The notes below the pieces were generated by a model, which saw only the letters and a list, made by a program, of their open reading frames with translations, was not told the origin of the DNA and made no database searches. A stretch of 64,000 bases of DNA from Patescibacteria group bacterium. Its GTDB lineage: Bacteria; Patescibacteriota; Patescibacteriia; UM-FILTER-42-10. Numbering within the stretch: position 1 is the first letter of the stretch; each line of letters starts with the position of its first letter. Of this stretch, positions 29,719 through 41,156 are shown piece by piece. The stretch spans positions 11,013 to 75,012 of the forward strand of contig JBAYKW010000004.1 in the NCBI GenBank assembly GCA_041664365.1, written 5' to 3'. A program made the translations under genes and the position numbers.

Positions 29719-30500
29719 TTCTTTTCTTCTTCTGTATTATTTTGGTTCTCGTTATCCATATTCTGGATCGGTTCCGCCTTATCAACCACAGCCTCTACAG
29801 TTTCCGGGCCTTTGACCACATCTTTTGCTTCCACATTTTCAACAACTTCTTTTTTATTCACTTCTTTTATTTCCGGCTGTTTCAAAACCATATCACCATT
29901 GCCATAGATCAAAACCAGATTATTGGTTGCTCCAGGAATTCCGCCCTTTATCGCCAACTGGTTTTTTTCTAAATCCACTGAAACAATCTCCAAATTGCTC
30001 ATTGTTGCTCTTTGGTTACCCATCTGACCGGCCATTCTTTTTCCCTTCAAAACGTGTTCAGGATAGGAGCCGCCGATTGATCCAGGCATGCGCAATTGAT
30101 CTTTATGACCGTGTGTTGCCTGACTGCCATGAAAACCATGCCGTTTAACTCCACCCTGGAATCCCTTACCGATTGAGATTCCTGTAACTTTTATTACATC
30201 CCCTTCCACAAATACATCCGCTAAAATCTGATTACCTCTTTTAAAATTTTCAGTATTATCCACTCTGAATTCACGCAAATGACGAAACATATCCAGATCC
30301 TTACAGTGCCCGATTTCCGGCTTTATTACATTTTTTTTCTTACCAAAACCAACCTGGACTGCATTATAACCGTCTTTCTTTTCCGTTTTGACCTGAACAA
30401 CTGTGCAAGGGCCAGCTTCAACTATGGTAACAGGAATAACCGTTCCATCCTCATGGAATTTTCTCGACATTCCTATTTTTCTTCCAAGTATAAATTTCAT
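29715..30500 (-). CDS. rplC: 50S ribosomal protein L3 with acidic C-terminal extension
   Basis: MKFILGRKIGM, GYNAVQVG, GKGFQG, MAGQMG; start taken at ATG 30500. Confidence 0.97.
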   Translation of the reverse strand: MKFILGRKIGMSRKFHEDGTVIPVTIVEAGPCTVVQVKTEKKDGYNAVQVGFGKKKNVIKPEIGHCKDLDMFRHLREFRVDNTENFKRGNQILADVFVEGDVIKVTGISIGKGFQGGVKRHGFHGSQATHGHKDQLRMPGSIGGSYPEHVLKGKRMAGQMGNQRATMSNLEIVSVDLEKNQLAIKGGIPGATNNLVLIYGNGDMVLKQPEIKEVNKKEVVENVEAKDVVKGPETVEAVVDKAEPIQNMDNENQNNTEEEKK

Positions 30501-30719
30501 ATTTTTAATAAAAAATCGCGACTTATTAGCCACAATTCGATCACTAGCATCCAAGGCTACGCAATGTGCCCTGATATTCTATATTCTAGTTTTTTTGTGA
30601 TGAATTATGACTCCGTAATAACTTTTTTGAATCTTCAATCGATATCCATGGATCTGTGCCCAGGATCATTACTGACACCCAAACAAGTTATGATTTGTTT
30701 ATTTTAAAGAATTTTTGTT

Positions 30720-31094
30720 TTACATTTTTATTTCTACATCGACACCGGCAGGAAGATTCAAACTCATCAACGTATCGATTGTCTTTGCGGTCGGATCAAT
30801 AATATCGATCAACCGCTTGTGGACTCTCATTTCATATTGTTCACGTGATGTTTTGTGAACAAATGACGATCGATTTACCGTATATTTACTCTTTTCGGTC
30901 GGTAAAGGTACAGGTCCGGATATTTTTGCCCCAGATCTTTCAGCGGTTTCAATTATCGTTCGCGTAGACTGGTCAATAATTTTGCTGTCATACGCTTTGA
31001 TCTTGATTCGAATCCGCTGGACAACCTTGGTTTCGGTATCCTCGCTTGCATCTATTGGATCGTTGTTTTCTGATGTCTTCCGTTCAGTTACCAT
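30720..31094 (-). CDS. rpsJ: 30S ribosomal protein S10
   Basis: [34 protein letters not shown]. Confidence 0.98.
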   Translation of the reverse strand: MVTERKTSENNDPIDASEDTETKVVQRIRIKIKAYDSKIIDQSTRTIIETAERSGAKISGPVPLPTEKSKYTVNRSSFVHKTSREQYEMRVHKRLIDIIDPTAKTIDTLMSLNLPAGVDVEIKM

Positions 31095-31168
31095 GTGAAA
31101 TATTGTATATTTTAAATTTGCTTTTTAAGACAGATAAAGAGGCCCTCCTTTTACAAGGGCCCCGTTAC

Positions 31169-32359
31169 CTATTTATTTATTTTAGTTACTACTCCAGAAG
31201 CTACAGTATGACCGCCTTCTCGTACTGCAAAGCGTTGTTTTTCCTGCAGTGCGATAGGAACAATCAGTTTGACTCCCAAAGATACTGTATCGCCCGGCAT
31301 AACCATTTCAGTTCCTTCTGGGAATAGTAATTCACCAGTAACATCTGTGGTTCTAATGTAGAATTGCGGTTTGTATCCTTTTGCAAATGGAGTATGACGA
31401 CCACCTTCTTCTTTGCTTAGAACATAAATCTCTGCATCAAATTCAGTATGAGGAGTAATCGTACCTGGTTTAGCCAGTACCTGACCTCTTTCAACATCAT
31501 CTTTCTTGGTTCCACGGAGTAAAATTCCTGCATTATCACCAGCCTGACCCTCATCAAGTTGCTTATTGAACATTTCAATCCCAGTAACCACCGTCTTTGC
31601 TGTATCATGAATTCCGACAATTTCTACTTCATCGTTCAGATTAACCTTTCCTTTTTCAATTCTACCTGTAACTACTGTTCCTCTTCCTTCGATTGAGAAA
31701 ATGTCTTCAATAGGCATAATGAAATCCTGATCGATTGCGCGTTCTGGATTTGGAATATAGCTATCAACGGCATCCAGCAATTCCTGGATTGGTTTGTTTG
31801 CTTCCGCATCATCCGGATTTTCCAGTGCTTTCAGTGCTGAACCCTTGATAATCGGGGTTGCATCACCAGGAAAATCATATTTCTTGAGCAAATCCTTGAT
31901 TTCTTCTTCAACTAAATCGATGAGTTCTTTGTCATCAACTTGGTCAGTTTTATTTAAAAATACAACAATATAAGGCACACCTACCTGCCTGGCAAGTAGA
32001 ATATGCTCACGTGTCTGAGGCATCGGTCCATCAGCGGCAGAAACAACCAAAATTGCACCATCCATCTGAGCTGCACCAGTAATCATATTTTTAATATAAT
32101 CAGCATGTCCCGGACAATCTACGTGCGCATAGTGACGTTTGTCAGTTTCATACTCAACGTGTGATGTTGCAATGGTAATACCACGCGCCTTTTCTTCAGG
32201 TGCGTTATCAATTTGATCTACAGACTTATTTTGAGCAGTTTTTCCCTGCGAAATCAGATATTTCAAAATTGCTGCTGTAAGTGTTGTTTTTCCGTGATCG
32301 ACATGTCCTATTGTACCAATATTGACATGCGGTTTTGATCTATCAAATTTTTCTGCCAT
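31169..32359 (-). CDS. tuf: Elongation factor Tu
   Basis: [21 protein letters not shown]. Confidence 0.99.
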   Translation of the reverse strand: MAEKFDRSKPHVNIGTIGHVDHGKTTLTAAILKYLISQGKTAQNKSVDQIDNAPEEKARGITIATSHVEYETDKRHYAHVDCPGHADYIKNMITGAAQMDGAILVVSAADGPMPQTREHILLARQVGVPYIVVFLNKTDQVDDKELIDLVEEEIKDLLKKYDFPGDATPIIKGSALKALENPDDAEANKPIQELLDAVDSYIPNPERAIDQDFIMPIEDIFSIEGRGTVVTGRIEKGKVNLNDEVEIVGIHDTAKTVVTGIEMFNKQLDEGQAGDNAGILLRGTKKDDVERGQVLAKPGTITPHTEFDAEIYVLSKEEGGRHTPFAKGYKPQFYIRTTDVTGELLFPEGTEMVMPGDTVSLGVKLIVPIALQEKQRFAVREGGHTVASGVVTKINK

Positions 32360-32441
32360 GTTCTTCGTAATTTAGTTAATTCTTATTTATTTATTATTTA
32401 GCTAAAATTAGTGCTTTTAAACTCTAATCAAAGTAGTCATG

Positions 32442-32470
32442 ATTATATCAGGCAAAAAATATTTTGGCAA
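32442..32470 (-). promoter_or_regulatory. sigma70-type promoter for tuf
   Basis: TTGCCA-17-TATAAT with extended -10 TG. Confidence 0.7.
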
Positions 32471-32512
32471 GTCCTGATACGACTTATAAAATATTTTTGC
32501 TTATCTTAGCCA

Positions 32513-32863
32513 TTATTCCAGCACAATCGGTTCTAACTTGAAATTTACCTCAGTAGTTCTCAAAGTCTTAACAATTATCTCCTGTTCAGCCGGCTTATAC
32601 CCTTCTGCAATTACACTGATTGTATAAATATCTGGGGCTACTTTCAGCATTAATGGCGTAGTATTACCGACTTCTTCGCCGTCCAAATAGATAACCGCGT
32701 CAACATCATCTGGCTCTACCGAAATCGCAACAACTATTCTCCCGCGCACAATTACTTCATAAAATGATGATTCCTCAACCGTATTTACCTTATAGATCCA
32801 GATAATCATTACACAAAGCACCGAGGAAGCTACCACTAAGAACCATTTGAAGGCATTGGACAT
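32513..32863 (-). CDS. PEGA-domain membrane-anchored protein
   Basis: N-terminal TM; AVIYLDGEEVGNTTP...YTISVIAEGY. Confidence 0.75.
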   Translation of the reverse strand: MSNAFKWFLVVASSVLCVMIIWIYKVNTVEESSFYEVIVRGRIVVAISVEPDDVDAVIYLDGEEVGNTTPLMLKVAPDIYTISVIAEGYKPAEQEIIVKTLRTTEVNFKLEPIVLE

Positions 32864-32899
32864 GAAATATGTGCCAAAATAATTAACTATACCCTTATT

Positions 32900-34981
32900 C
32901 TACTTCCTTTCTAAAGAATCTTCAATGATTGTGTTGGCAACATTCTTTGGTACTTCGGAAAAATGGGATAATTCCATTGAATAACTGGCTCTTCCCTGTG
33001 TCGCGGATCTTAAGGTAGTTGCATAACCAAACATTTCAGCTAAAGGCACGTCTGCATCAATAATTTTGATATTCTTCCGATCACGCATTTCCTTGATACT
33101 GGCCCGTTTCGAATTTAAATCTCCGATCACATCACCCATAAAATCTTCCGGTGTAATTACTTCTACTTTCATGATCGGCTCCAGCAATACAGGGTTGGCT
33201 TTTTTTATCGCATCCCGAAGACCCATAGAACCGGCTATTTTAAATGCCGCTTCCGAAGAGTCAACCTCATGATAACTCCCGTCTGTAACAGTTGCACGGA
33301 TATCAACAAGCGGGTAACCGGCTAAAACGCCGTTATCCATCGCCTCTTTCATTCCTTTTTCAATCGCTGGGATATATTCAGAAGGGATGTTTCCGCCTTT
33401 TACCTTATCAACAAATTCAAATCCTTTTCCAGTTTCTAATGGCTCGACTGTCAGTACGCAATGTCCATATTGACCACGACCGCCGGACTGACGAACAAAT
33501 TTTCCTTCACCATTAGCAGTGCTTTTAATAGTTTCCTTGTATGCAACCAAAGGCTTACCAACATTTGCTTCCACTTTAAACTCTCTGCGCATACGATCCA
33601 CAATAACCTCCAGATGCAACTCACCCATTCCGGATATTAATGTCTGGCCGGTTTCTTCTTCCGTTTTAACGCGGAATGTTGGATCTTCTTCTGACAGACT
33701 GGCTAAGGCATGACCCAATTTATCCTGGTCAGCTTTGGTTTTCGGTTCAATCGCTACAGCAATAACCGGTTCCGGGAATACAATTCTCTCCAATATCACA
33801 GGGTTATCAATATCGCATAATGTATCTCCGGTTGTAGTATCTTTTAATCCAACCGCAGCGGCAATATCACCGCTATAGACATCTTTTACTTCTTCTCTGT
33901 TATTTGCGTGCAGTCTGATAATACGGCTGATACGTTCTTTTCTGCCTGTTGTTTGATTCATTACATATGATCCCGACTCTATTTTACCGGAATATACACG
34001 GAAAAAGGTCAGCTTGCCGACAAACGGATCAGATGCAACCTTGAAAGCCAGGGCGGCAAAAGGACCGTCATCATTTGCTCCTCTTGGTATTTGTTCTTCT
34101 GTAACCGGATCTTCTCCCATTACCGGTGGCACATCCAAAGGCGACGGCAGATAATCTACAACCGCATCCAGCAAGAACTGGACGCCTTTATTTTTCAAAG
34201 CCGATCCGACAAAAATAGGCACGATTGCGTTGGCAATTGTTCCTTTCCTTAAAGCTTTTTTCAAATCATCTACTGGAATCTCCTTACCTTCAAGATATAA
34301 ACCCATCAATACATCATCATTTTCAACTATTGCTTCCACTAATTTATTTCGGAACTCCAAAGACTTTTCTTTCATATCATCAGAAATCTCAGTTTCTTCC
34401 CACTCTTTGCCCATATCATCTTTGTAAATGATCGCCTTCATTGTCAGCAGATCGATGATTCCCTTAAAATTTGATTCGGCGCCAATGGGTAATTGGGCCG
34501 GATAGGCATTTTTAGTCAAACGTTCGTGGATTGATGCCAGATCCGAATAAAAGTCAGCGCCGGTTCGATCCATTTTATTAATAAAAGCAATTCTTGGCAC
34601 ATTATATTTATCTGCCTGGTGCCAAACTGTTTCTGACTGCGGTTCTACTCCCGCTACACCGTCGAATACTACTACTCCCCCGTCCAGTACGCGCAGCGAT
34701 CTTTGTACTTCAACGGTAAAATCAATATGACCTGGGGTATCAATAATGTTAATTTGATTTTCCTTCCAAAAACAGGTTGTTGCTGCTGCCGTGATCGTGA
34801 TTCCTCTTTCCTTTTCCTGTTCCATCCAATCCATCTCAGCTTCACCTTCATGGACCTCACCAATTTTATGTTTTTTACCCGTATAATAAAGAATTCGCTC
34901 AGATACGGTAGTTTTTCCGGCATCGATATGAGCGATAATCCCAATATTTCTTGTTTTCTCCAGACTATATTCTCTCGGCAT
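32900..34981 (-). CDS. fusA: Elongation factor G
   Basis: [29 protein letters not shown]. Confidence 0.99.
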   Translation of the reverse strand: MPREYSLEKTRNIGIIAHIDAGKTTVSERILYYTGKKHKIGEVHEGEAEMDWMEQEKERGITITAAATTCFWKENQINIIDTPGHIDFTVEVQRSLRVLDGGVVVFDGVAGVEPQSETVWHQADKYNVPRIAFINKMDRTGADFYSDLASIHERLTKNAYPAQLPIGAESNFKGIIDLLTMKAIIYKDDMGKEWEETEISDDMKEKSLEFRNKLVEAIVENDDVLMGLYLEGKEIPVDDLKKALRKGTIANAIVPIFVGSALKNKGVQFLLDAVVDYLPSPLDVPPVMGEDPVTEEQIPRGANDDGPFAALAFKVASDPFVGKLTFFRVYSGKIESGSYVMNQTTGRKERISRIIRLHANNREEVKDVYSGDIAAAVGLKDTTTGDTLCDIDNPVILERIVFPEPVIAVAIEPKTKADQDKLGHALASLSEEDPTFRVKTEEETGQTLISGMGELHLEVIVDRMRREFKVEANVGKPLVAYKETIKSTANGEGKFVRQSGGRGQYGHCVLTVEPLETGKGFEFVDKVKGGNIPSEYIPAIEKGMKEAMDNGVLAGYPLVDIRATVTDGSYHEVDSSEAAFKIAGSMGLRDAIKKANPVLLEPIMKVEVITPEDFMGDVIGDLNSKRASIKEMRDRKNIKIIDADVPLAEMFGYATTLRSATQGRASYSMELSHFSEVPKNVANTIIEDSLERK

Positions 34982-34988
34982 GTTTTGT

Positions 34989-35066
34989 TAGTAATTAGTT
35001 ATTGGTAACTGGTAAATGGTAATTCATACTCGTTTACTTATTACAATTTACAAATTACGAGTTAAT
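34989..35066. repeat. Inverted array of degenerate 7-mers
   Basis: gtaatta-gttattg-gtaactg-gtaaatg-gtaat ... ttacaat-ttacaaa-ttacgag between rpsG and fusA. Confidence 0.75.
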
Positions 35067-35072
35067 AAATCA

Positions 35073-35537
35073 TTAGGCAAAATGGGCAAAAGCTCGATTG
35101 GCATCAGCCATTCTGTGCACATCTTCTTTCTTCTTAATGGCAGTGCCCTGATTTTCCGATGCTTCCATCAATTCCTGAGCCAGTTTTTCTCGCATCGGTT
35201 TGCCTTTGCGGGACTGTGCTGCACCGATTATCCAGCGGAATGCCAGTGCTTGTCGCCTGTCCCCTTTTACTTCGATCGGGATTTGATAATTAGCACCGCC
35301 GATTCTGCGGGATTTGACCTCAACTACCGGAGAAACATTTTTCATTGCCAGATTAAATATTTCCAGCGGGTCTTTTTTTGTTTTCTCGGCAATTATATCA
35401 AAACAATCATATAAAACACGTTCAGCAACTGATTTTTTACCGCGGGTCATTATCAAATTAATAAATTTAGCAATAACAATACTATTATACTTGAGATCTG
35501 GTTGGATTACGCGTTTTGGTGCTTGCTTGCCTCTCAT
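35073..35537 (-). CDS. rpsG: 30S ribosomal protein S7
   Basis: GKKSVAE, RRIGGANYQIP, HRMADANRAFAHF. Confidence 0.98.
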   Translation of the reverse strand: MRGKQAPKRVIQPDLKYNSIVIAKFINLIMTRGKKSVAERVLYDCFDIIAEKTKKDPLEIFNLAMKNVSPVVEVKSRRIGGANYQIPIEVKGDRRQALAFRWIIGAAQSRKGKPMREKLAQELMEASENQGTAIKKKEDVHRMADANRAFAHFA

Positions 35538-35565
35538 TTCAAATTTATTTTAAATATTTTAAAAT

Positions 35566-35991
35566 TTACTTGGTTTTCTTCTCTTTTTTTGCTCCATACA
35601 TACTGCGTCCCTGTTTGCGTCCGTCTACACCCTGAGTGTCATATACTCCTCTGACTACGTGATACCGGACACCGGAAAGGTCTTTTACTCTACCACCCCT
35701 GATCATGACGATGGAGTGTTCCTGAAGATTATGGCCAATTCCCGGTATATATGCTGTCACTTCCATTCCGTTGGAAAGCCTTACCCTGGCAATTTTACGT
35801 AATGCCGAGTTTGGTTTCTTTGGCGTCATCGTAGTAACTTTGATACATATTCCCTGTTTAAAGGGAGAACCTTTACGCAATTCTGTTTTTTTCCTTTTAA
35901 TCGGATTCAAAGTAGTCCCTAACGCAGGGGTTTTTGACTTCTTGGTATGTGATTTTCTAGGTTTTCTAATTAACTGGTTTATTGTCGGCAT
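35566..35991 (-). CDS. rpsL: 30S ribosomal protein S12
   Basis: [24 protein letters not shown]. Confidence 0.98.
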   Translation of the reverse strand: MPTINQLIRKPRKSHTKKSKTPALGTTLNPIKRKKTELRKGSPFKQGICIKVTTMTPKKPNSALRKIARVRLSNGMEVTAYIPGIGHNLQEHSIVMIRGGRVKDLSGVRYHVVRGVYDTQGVDGRKQGRSMYGAKKEKKTK

Positions 35992-36039
35992 TGTTGAATA
36001 AAAAAAAATAATCTAACTATATGCTATGCCACACGGCTG

Positions 36040-36068
36040 AGTGTAACAAATATATATATGTAAGTCAA
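36040..36068 (-). promoter_or_regulatory. sigma70-type promoter for the str operon
   Basis: TTGACT-17-TACACT with extended -10 TG. Confidence 0.7.
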
Positions 36069-36134
36069 CTCCGTTAGAGTATATTAATAACCGGGCATGG
36101 TCAACCCCTTAAATAATAAGCCCAATATTAGCGA

Positions 36135-36776
36135 TTATGATCCGATGATATTGAAAACCCAATCAGAAATTCCCCCAAAAAGAGAGGAAAATATTGAAAA
36201 ACCGAAGAAATTATCAAATATTATTAATCCCAAAAGAATCATTGGCCCATAGCGCTCAAGCGATTGTTTAAAATTGTCTGCGGAAGGTTTCAGCATCGCG
36301 AATAGCAAATGAGAGCCATCCAACGGCGGGATTGGGATCAGGTTAAAAAGCCCTAAAATCAGGTTGATTTGCACTAAAGCGGCTAAAAATATTACCAATA
36401 GATTATCTTCACTCAGGAATCCGTTAATTATTATTACCCTCAATGCGATACCAAAAAAGATAACTGCGATAAAGTTAACAAAAGGTCCTGCCAGTGAAAT
36501 TAAAGCCGGGCCATATTTCTTGTATTTAAGATTATTCGGGTTAAATCCTACCGGTTTTCCCCATCCAAACCCGGCAACCAGCAACACAATAAACCCGATA
36601 AAATCCAGGTGCGACAAAGGATTAAGGGTTAATCGACCATCATATTTAGGGGTCCGATCACCTTGCAGGGTTGCCGCAAGAGCATGTGAAAACTCATGAA
36701 TTGTGATGCCGAAGATTATCGCCAAAATCCAAGCTAAAAAGAGGGCGGGATTGCTGAAAAGGAGGTTTAAAATCAT
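36135..36776 (-). CDS. Site-2 protease (peptidase M50)
   Basis: HEFSH, AGPFVN, FNLIPIPPLDG. Confidence 0.93.
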   Translation of the reverse strand: MILNLLFSNPALFLAWILAIIFGITIHEFSHALAATLQGDRTPKYDGRLTLNPLSHLDFIGFIVLLVAGFGWGKPVGFNPNNLKYKKYGPALISLAGPFVNFIAVIFFGIALRVIIINGFLSEDNLLVIFLAALVQINLILGLFNLIPIPPLDGSHLLFAMLKPSADNFKQSLERYGPMILLGLIIFDNFFGFSIFSSLFGGISDWVFNIIGS

Positions 36777-36853
36777 TTGTATTTGCGTTTATATAACAAT
36801 TATGCTAATCTTGAACGGAAATTTTATATTACTAATTATAACATTATAACCGT

Positions 36854-37030
36854 ATGGCGAAAATCTGTGAAATCTGTGGAAGAGGCGCGCTCACCGCTGC
36901 ATCAAGAAGTCATTCCAATATCTCAACGAAACAAACAAGGTTTTTAAATTTACAGAATGCTGTATATAAAGGTAAAAAAGTGAGAGCCTGCACGCGCTGT
37001 ATAAAAACTCAATCTAAAGTAAAAAGATAG
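36854..37030 (+). CDS. rpmB: 50S ribosomal protein L28 (58 aa, below the ORF-track cutoff)
   Basis: Manual translation MAKICEICGRGALTAASRSHSNISTKQTRFLNLQNAVYKGKKVRACTRCIKTQSKVKR. Confidence 0.93.
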   Translation: MAKICEICGRGALTAASRSHSNISTKQTRFLNLQNAVYKGKKVRACTRCIKTQSKVKR

Positions 37031-37053
37031 ACTGCGTCATTATCGAATCAAGT

Positions 37054-37078
37054 ATCCCCAAGTAAACTGGGGATTTTT
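37054..37078 (+). terminator. Terminator after rpmB
   Basis: atcccca-agtaaac-tggggat followed by a T run. Confidence 0.7.
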
Positions 37079-37086
37079 GATTTGCT

Positions 37087-39798
37087 CTAAACCGATGTCT
37101 GATTCCGGTTTTTCCGGTTAAAATAAGCTTTTGTCGCTTCAATCAGAATGATTATTACAATACTGGCAATGGCAACCACACCCCAGTCGGACCAGTTTAG
37201 CGGTACAGTTTGCATAATTTTTTGGAAAGGTCCAAAGTAAACGGCGATTAACTGTAAAATAAACCCGACTCCCACGGCAAGCAATAATGACTTATTCGAA
37301 AAAATATTCACACTGAATATCGAACGGCGAGTAGATCGGATACTGAACACATACAGCAATGTACTGATTGCAAATATGGTGAATATTAATGTGCGCGCAT
37401 GCATTACATCCCAGTTATGATCCAGCAAGTACCAGAAAAAAATCAGATTGCCGATACCGGTAATGACACTGATGATTGTCGTAAGAATCTTCATCTCAAA
37501 AGTAAACAGGTTTTGCTTCTTACCAGCCGGCAGATCCTCCATTACTTCTTTTCCTCCCGGCTCCATAGTTAAAGCAATACTAGGAAAACTGTCAGTCACT
37601 AAATTTATCCAAAGAATCTGTGAAGCAACTAATGGCAGAGGAAAATTATCAACAAAGAAAGAGCTGACCGCAATTGATCCTAAAATCAGTAAGATCCCCG
37701 AAAAACTATCTGAAATAAGATAGAGAATAACTTTTTTGATATTATCAAAAATTATTCTCCCCTGCTCTACGGCTGAAACAATTGTCTTAAAGTTATCATC
37801 CAGGATTACCAAATCAGCAGTTTCTTTTGAAACATCAGATCCGGAACCCAGTGCGATTCCAATATCCGCTGCTTTAAGCGCCGGAGCATCGTTTACGCCA
37901 TCACCGGTCATCGCCACCACTTCTCCCCGCTCCTGCCACGCATCGACAATCTGCAATTTGTCTTTTGGTGTCACTCTGGCATATACCGAAATATACTGAA
38001 CTCTTTTCGCCAGCTGCTCGGGACTTATTTTTGCCAGTTCCGATCCTTCCATAATATTTTCCGGATTGCTTCTCAGACCCAGCTCTTTCGCAATGGCCTG
38101 CGCGGTAAGTTTATGATCACCCGTGATCATAACAATTTTAATTCCTGCCTTTTTGCAGAGTTTAATCGTTTCTTTGGCTTCGGGACGCAACGGATCTTTA
38201 ATTCCGACAAAGCCCACAAACACAAACTGGTCCAGATATTTTTTAACCTGCCGGTCATTGTCCAAGTCCTTGATATCATCCGGGACTATAAGATAACCAA
38301 ACGCTAAGATACGCAATCCCTTGCTGCTCATCTCCTCAAATTTCTCTTCAAACTGCTGTTGCAACTCTTCCGTCATTGGTTTAATTAACGGACCACTCTG
38401 GACTTTAGCGCACATTTTGATAATTTTTTCCGGAGCGCCTTTAAGATAAATAATGTTTTTATTTTTATTCTTGTTCTTATGCAACGTCATCATATATTTC
38501 TTGTCAGAATCAAAAGGTATTTCATCCAGGCGTGGTTCATCCTTTTCCAGATATTCGCGATAAAAATCTAGCCGTGCTCCTATCGATAGCAGAGCTTGTT
38601 CGGTCGGATTACCGATCATCTTCCACATTGAAAACTCATCTTCCGGATTTTGTATCACCGCATCGTTGCACAATGTTCCAATTTGAAATAAATATGAAAG
38701 TTCGGCCTGTTCTTTAATATTCCAGTGACTGATATTCTGATGTTCCGCTTCGAGGTCATGATTGAGCGTCACTAATTTGGAAACCCTCATATCCCCCATG
38801 GTCAGCGTGCCGGTTTTATCCGTACAGATAACTGTGGTTGAGCCGAGCGTTTCGGCGGCCACCAGTTTTTTTACTAAAGCTTTTTCTTTTAATATTCTCT
38901 GCATGCCAATTGCCAGTATTGCGGTAACGGCAATCACCAGACCCTCAGGGATAGCTGATACAGCGATTGCTACCGCTGTAGTAAAGATCTGAATAAACGG
39001 TATGCCTTCAAAGTATCCAATAATTATAATGATAACGGCAATTACAGGTACAACCGAACCGACCAGTCGGCTGAATTTATCCATTTTCTTTTGAAACGGG
39101 GTACGCTCTTCCACCGTATCCTTAATCAGCGATGCAATCTTACCAATTTCTGTTTTTATTCCCGTATGCTTGACTACTATTTCCGCCGTTCCCTGGGCTG
39201 CTATCGTACCCAGAAAAACCATATTTTTCTGCTCACCCAGCACTGCCTCTTTTTCTATTGCTTCTGTCTCCTTTTTCACCGAAACCGATTCGCCGGTCAG
39301 ACTCGCCTCATTGGTATAAAAATCTTTTTCAAATATTATCCTTCCGTCTGCGGGGATTTTATCTCCGGATTTAAGTAAAACAATATCACCGGGCACCAGC
39401 TCTTCCGCTTTAACCTCCTTTTCCTGGTTTCCCCTTCTTACCCTGGCATAGAATGTAATCACCTTTTTCAGTTTTTCCATCGCCTTATTTGCTTTGTATT
39501 CCTGTACATACCCGACAACAACATTTACCAGCACTGCCGCCAGAATTACATACATGTCTACAAAATCTTTCAGGAAAAAACTAATCAGGGCTGCGCCTAA
39601 CAGGACATAGACCAGTGAATTTCTAAACTGGGACAAAAATAAAAATATCCGAGAAGCTTTTTTCTCTTCGGGTAGTTTATTTAAACCATTATCACGTAAT
39701 CGATCTTGAGCATCAGTATTTGATAAACCATTTTTGGTTGTCGTCAGTGATACTAAAGCATCTTCGACGGACAAATTGTAAATCTTTTGATCAGCCAT
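37087..39798 (-). CDS. P-type IIA cation (Ca2+-like) transporting ATPase
   Basis: LTGES, IPEGL, DKTGTLT, TGDGVNDAPAL, QILWINLVTD. Confidence 0.93.
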   Translation of the reverse strand: MADQKIYNLSVEDALVSLTTTKNGLSNTDAQDRLRDNGLNKLPEEKKASRIFLFLSQFRNSLVYVLLGAALISFFLKDFVDMYVILAAVLVNVVVGYVQEYKANKAMEKLKKVITFYARVRRGNQEKEVKAEELVPGDIVLLKSGDKIPADGRIIFEKDFYTNEASLTGESVSVKKETEAIEKEAVLGEQKNMVFLGTIAAQGTAEIVVKHTGIKTEIGKIASLIKDTVEERTPFQKKMDKFSRLVGSVVPVIAVIIIIIGYFEGIPFIQIFTTAVAIAVSAIPEGLVIAVTAILAIGMQRILKEKALVKKLVAAETLGSTTVICTDKTGTLTMGDMRVSKLVTLNHDLEAEHQNISHWNIKEQAELSYLFQIGTLCNDAVIQNPEDEFSMWKMIGNPTEQALLSIGARLDFYREYLEKDEPRLDEIPFDSDKKYMMTLHKNKNKNKNIIYLKGAPEKIIKMCAKVQSGPLIKPMTEELQQQFEEKFEEMSSKGLRILAFGYLIVPDDIKDLDNDRQVKKYLDQFVFVGFVGIKDPLRPEAKETIKLCKKAGIKIVMITGDHKLTAQAIAKELGLRSNPENIMEGSELAKISPEQLAKRVQYISVYARVTPKDKLQIVDAWQERGEVVAMTGDGVNDAPALKAADIGIALGSGSDVSKETADLVILDDNFKTIVSAVEQGRIIFDNIKKVILYLISDSFSGILLILGSIAVSSFFVDNFPLPLVASQILWINLVTDSFPSIALTMEPGGKEVMEDLPAGKKQNLFTFEMKILTTIISVITGIGNLIFFWYLLDHNWDVMHARTLIFTIFAISTLLYVFSIRSTRRSIFSVNIFSNKSLLLAVGVGFILQLIAVYFGPFQKIMQTVPLNWSDWGVVAIASIVIIILIEATKAYFNRKNRNQTSV

Positions 39799-39864
39799 AA
39801 TGTTCTTATATCTTTAAATCAACTGGGGTTCTTCTCGTATTATACTTAAGAAACTTTTCTGTTA

Positions 39865-40239
39865 TTAATCAATTTTTTCTTTAACTTTCTTTACTACATC
39901 ATTCAAACGCCAACTTGCTTTGACTAAATATTCACAGTTCGGATCATCTTGCAGCTCGCGCTTTTTCTCTTCATAATCCAGGTTAGTTAAAATTATGACA
40001 GGAACATTTTTTCCCCATTCATCTTTACGTATTTTATCCAATACTTTCAGACCCATTACTTTTGGCATTAATAAATCAAGCAGTATGATATCCGGGCGTT
40101 CTTTAAATGCCAGATCAATCCCCTCCTGACCGTCTTTTGCCGGAATTGCAATATAGCCGGCCTTGATCATTTCTCTGCATAAAATATTCCGCAAATTTTC
40201 TTCATCTTCAACCACAAGCACTTTTTTATTTTCGTTCAT
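39865..40239 (-). CDS. Single-domain response regulator
   Basis: VVEDE, LLDLLMP, ILTN, YLVK. Confidence 0.9.
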   Translation of the reverse strand: MNENKKVLVVEDEENLRNILCREMIKAGYIAIPAKDGQEGIDLAFKERPDIILLDLLMPKVMGLKVLDKIRKDEWGKNVPVIILTNLDYEEKKRELQDDPNCEYLVKASWRLNDVVKKVKEKID

Positions 40240-40243
40240 AGAT

Positions 40244-40624
40244 TTAAATATTAATAATGGTTTTAACTATTTGAACTACATCTTCTAGCTTATGATTAGA
40301 TTTGACCAGATATTCGTCAACTTTTAAATTTACTAATTCATCTTTTTCAGTTTTACTGTCAAGATTAGTCAAGACAATAATATGGGCATTTTTCCCCCAT
40401 GCATCTGCGCGCAATTCCTTACATACTTGTTGTCCGGCCATCTTTGGCATTATCAAATCAAGTATTATCAGATCCGGGTGTCTACTGAGTGCCAAATCCA
40501 GCCCTTGCTTTCCGTCTTTGGCTTCCATTACTTCGCATTTTAAATCATGTACCGCGTTTACAATTACTTTTCTAACTGACTCTTCATCTTCAATGACGAG
40601 TATTTTTTTAAAATTATTTGGCAT
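40244..40624 (-). CDS. Single-domain response regulator
   Basis: VIEDE, ILDLIMP, VLTN, YLVK. Confidence 0.9.
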   Translation of the reverse strand: MPNNFKKILVIEDEESVRKVIVNAVHDLKCEVMEAKDGKQGLDLALSRHPDLIILDLIMPKMAGQQVCKELRADAWGKNAHIIVLTNLDSKTEKDELVNLKVDEYLVKSNHKLEDVVQIVKTIINI

Positions 40625-40627
40625 TAT

Positions 40628-41041
40628 TTATGAATTTAATTCATCTTTAATTTTATTCACAACATCCTCTAACTTCCAGTCAGATTTGACTAAAATATCA
40701 TACACGCCTCGATCAATTGCTTCTGCCGTCTTTTCTGCATCACTTAAATTTGTGAGTATTATTGCCTTAGCACCACTTCCCCATTCGTCTTTCCTTAACT
40801 TCTTGATCATAGTCATCCCATCCATTATCGGCATAACAATATCGACAAGCATCAGGTTCGGATGTTCCTTAAGCGCAATCTCTAAACCTTCTTTACCGTC
40901 CTGAGCCTGGAAAACCTGATAACCCTCGGCGATTAGCTTATTACCTAGGGCAAAACGCAGGGAAGTATCATCTTCTACAATCAGAATGCTTTCTTTTGGA
41001 TCGTCCTCAATTCTCATAGTTTTTTGCGTCATTTTATTCAA
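40628..41041 (-). CDS. Single-domain response regulator
   Basis: IVEDD, LVDIVMP, ILTN, ILVK. Confidence 0.9.
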   Translation of the reverse strand: MNKMTQKTMRIEDDPKESILIVEDDTSLRFALGNKLIAEGYQVFQAQDGKEGLEIALKEHPNLMLVDIVMPIMDGMTMIKKLRKDEWGSGAKAIILTNLSDAEKTAEAIDRGVYDILVKSDWKLEDVVNKIKDELNS

Positions 41042-41156
41042 TTTAATAATTATATTACCATTATAGCTTTGATTACTATTTTCTCAAAAACAGGTAACTA
41101 TCTTTAAAGTAATACACCGTTTTCTTGCCGATTAACATGAATTTAATATTAAAGTA

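Noticed and set aside
22006-36001. Many plus-strand ORFs across the ribosomal cluster
   Set aside because: Antisense to well-conserved genes.
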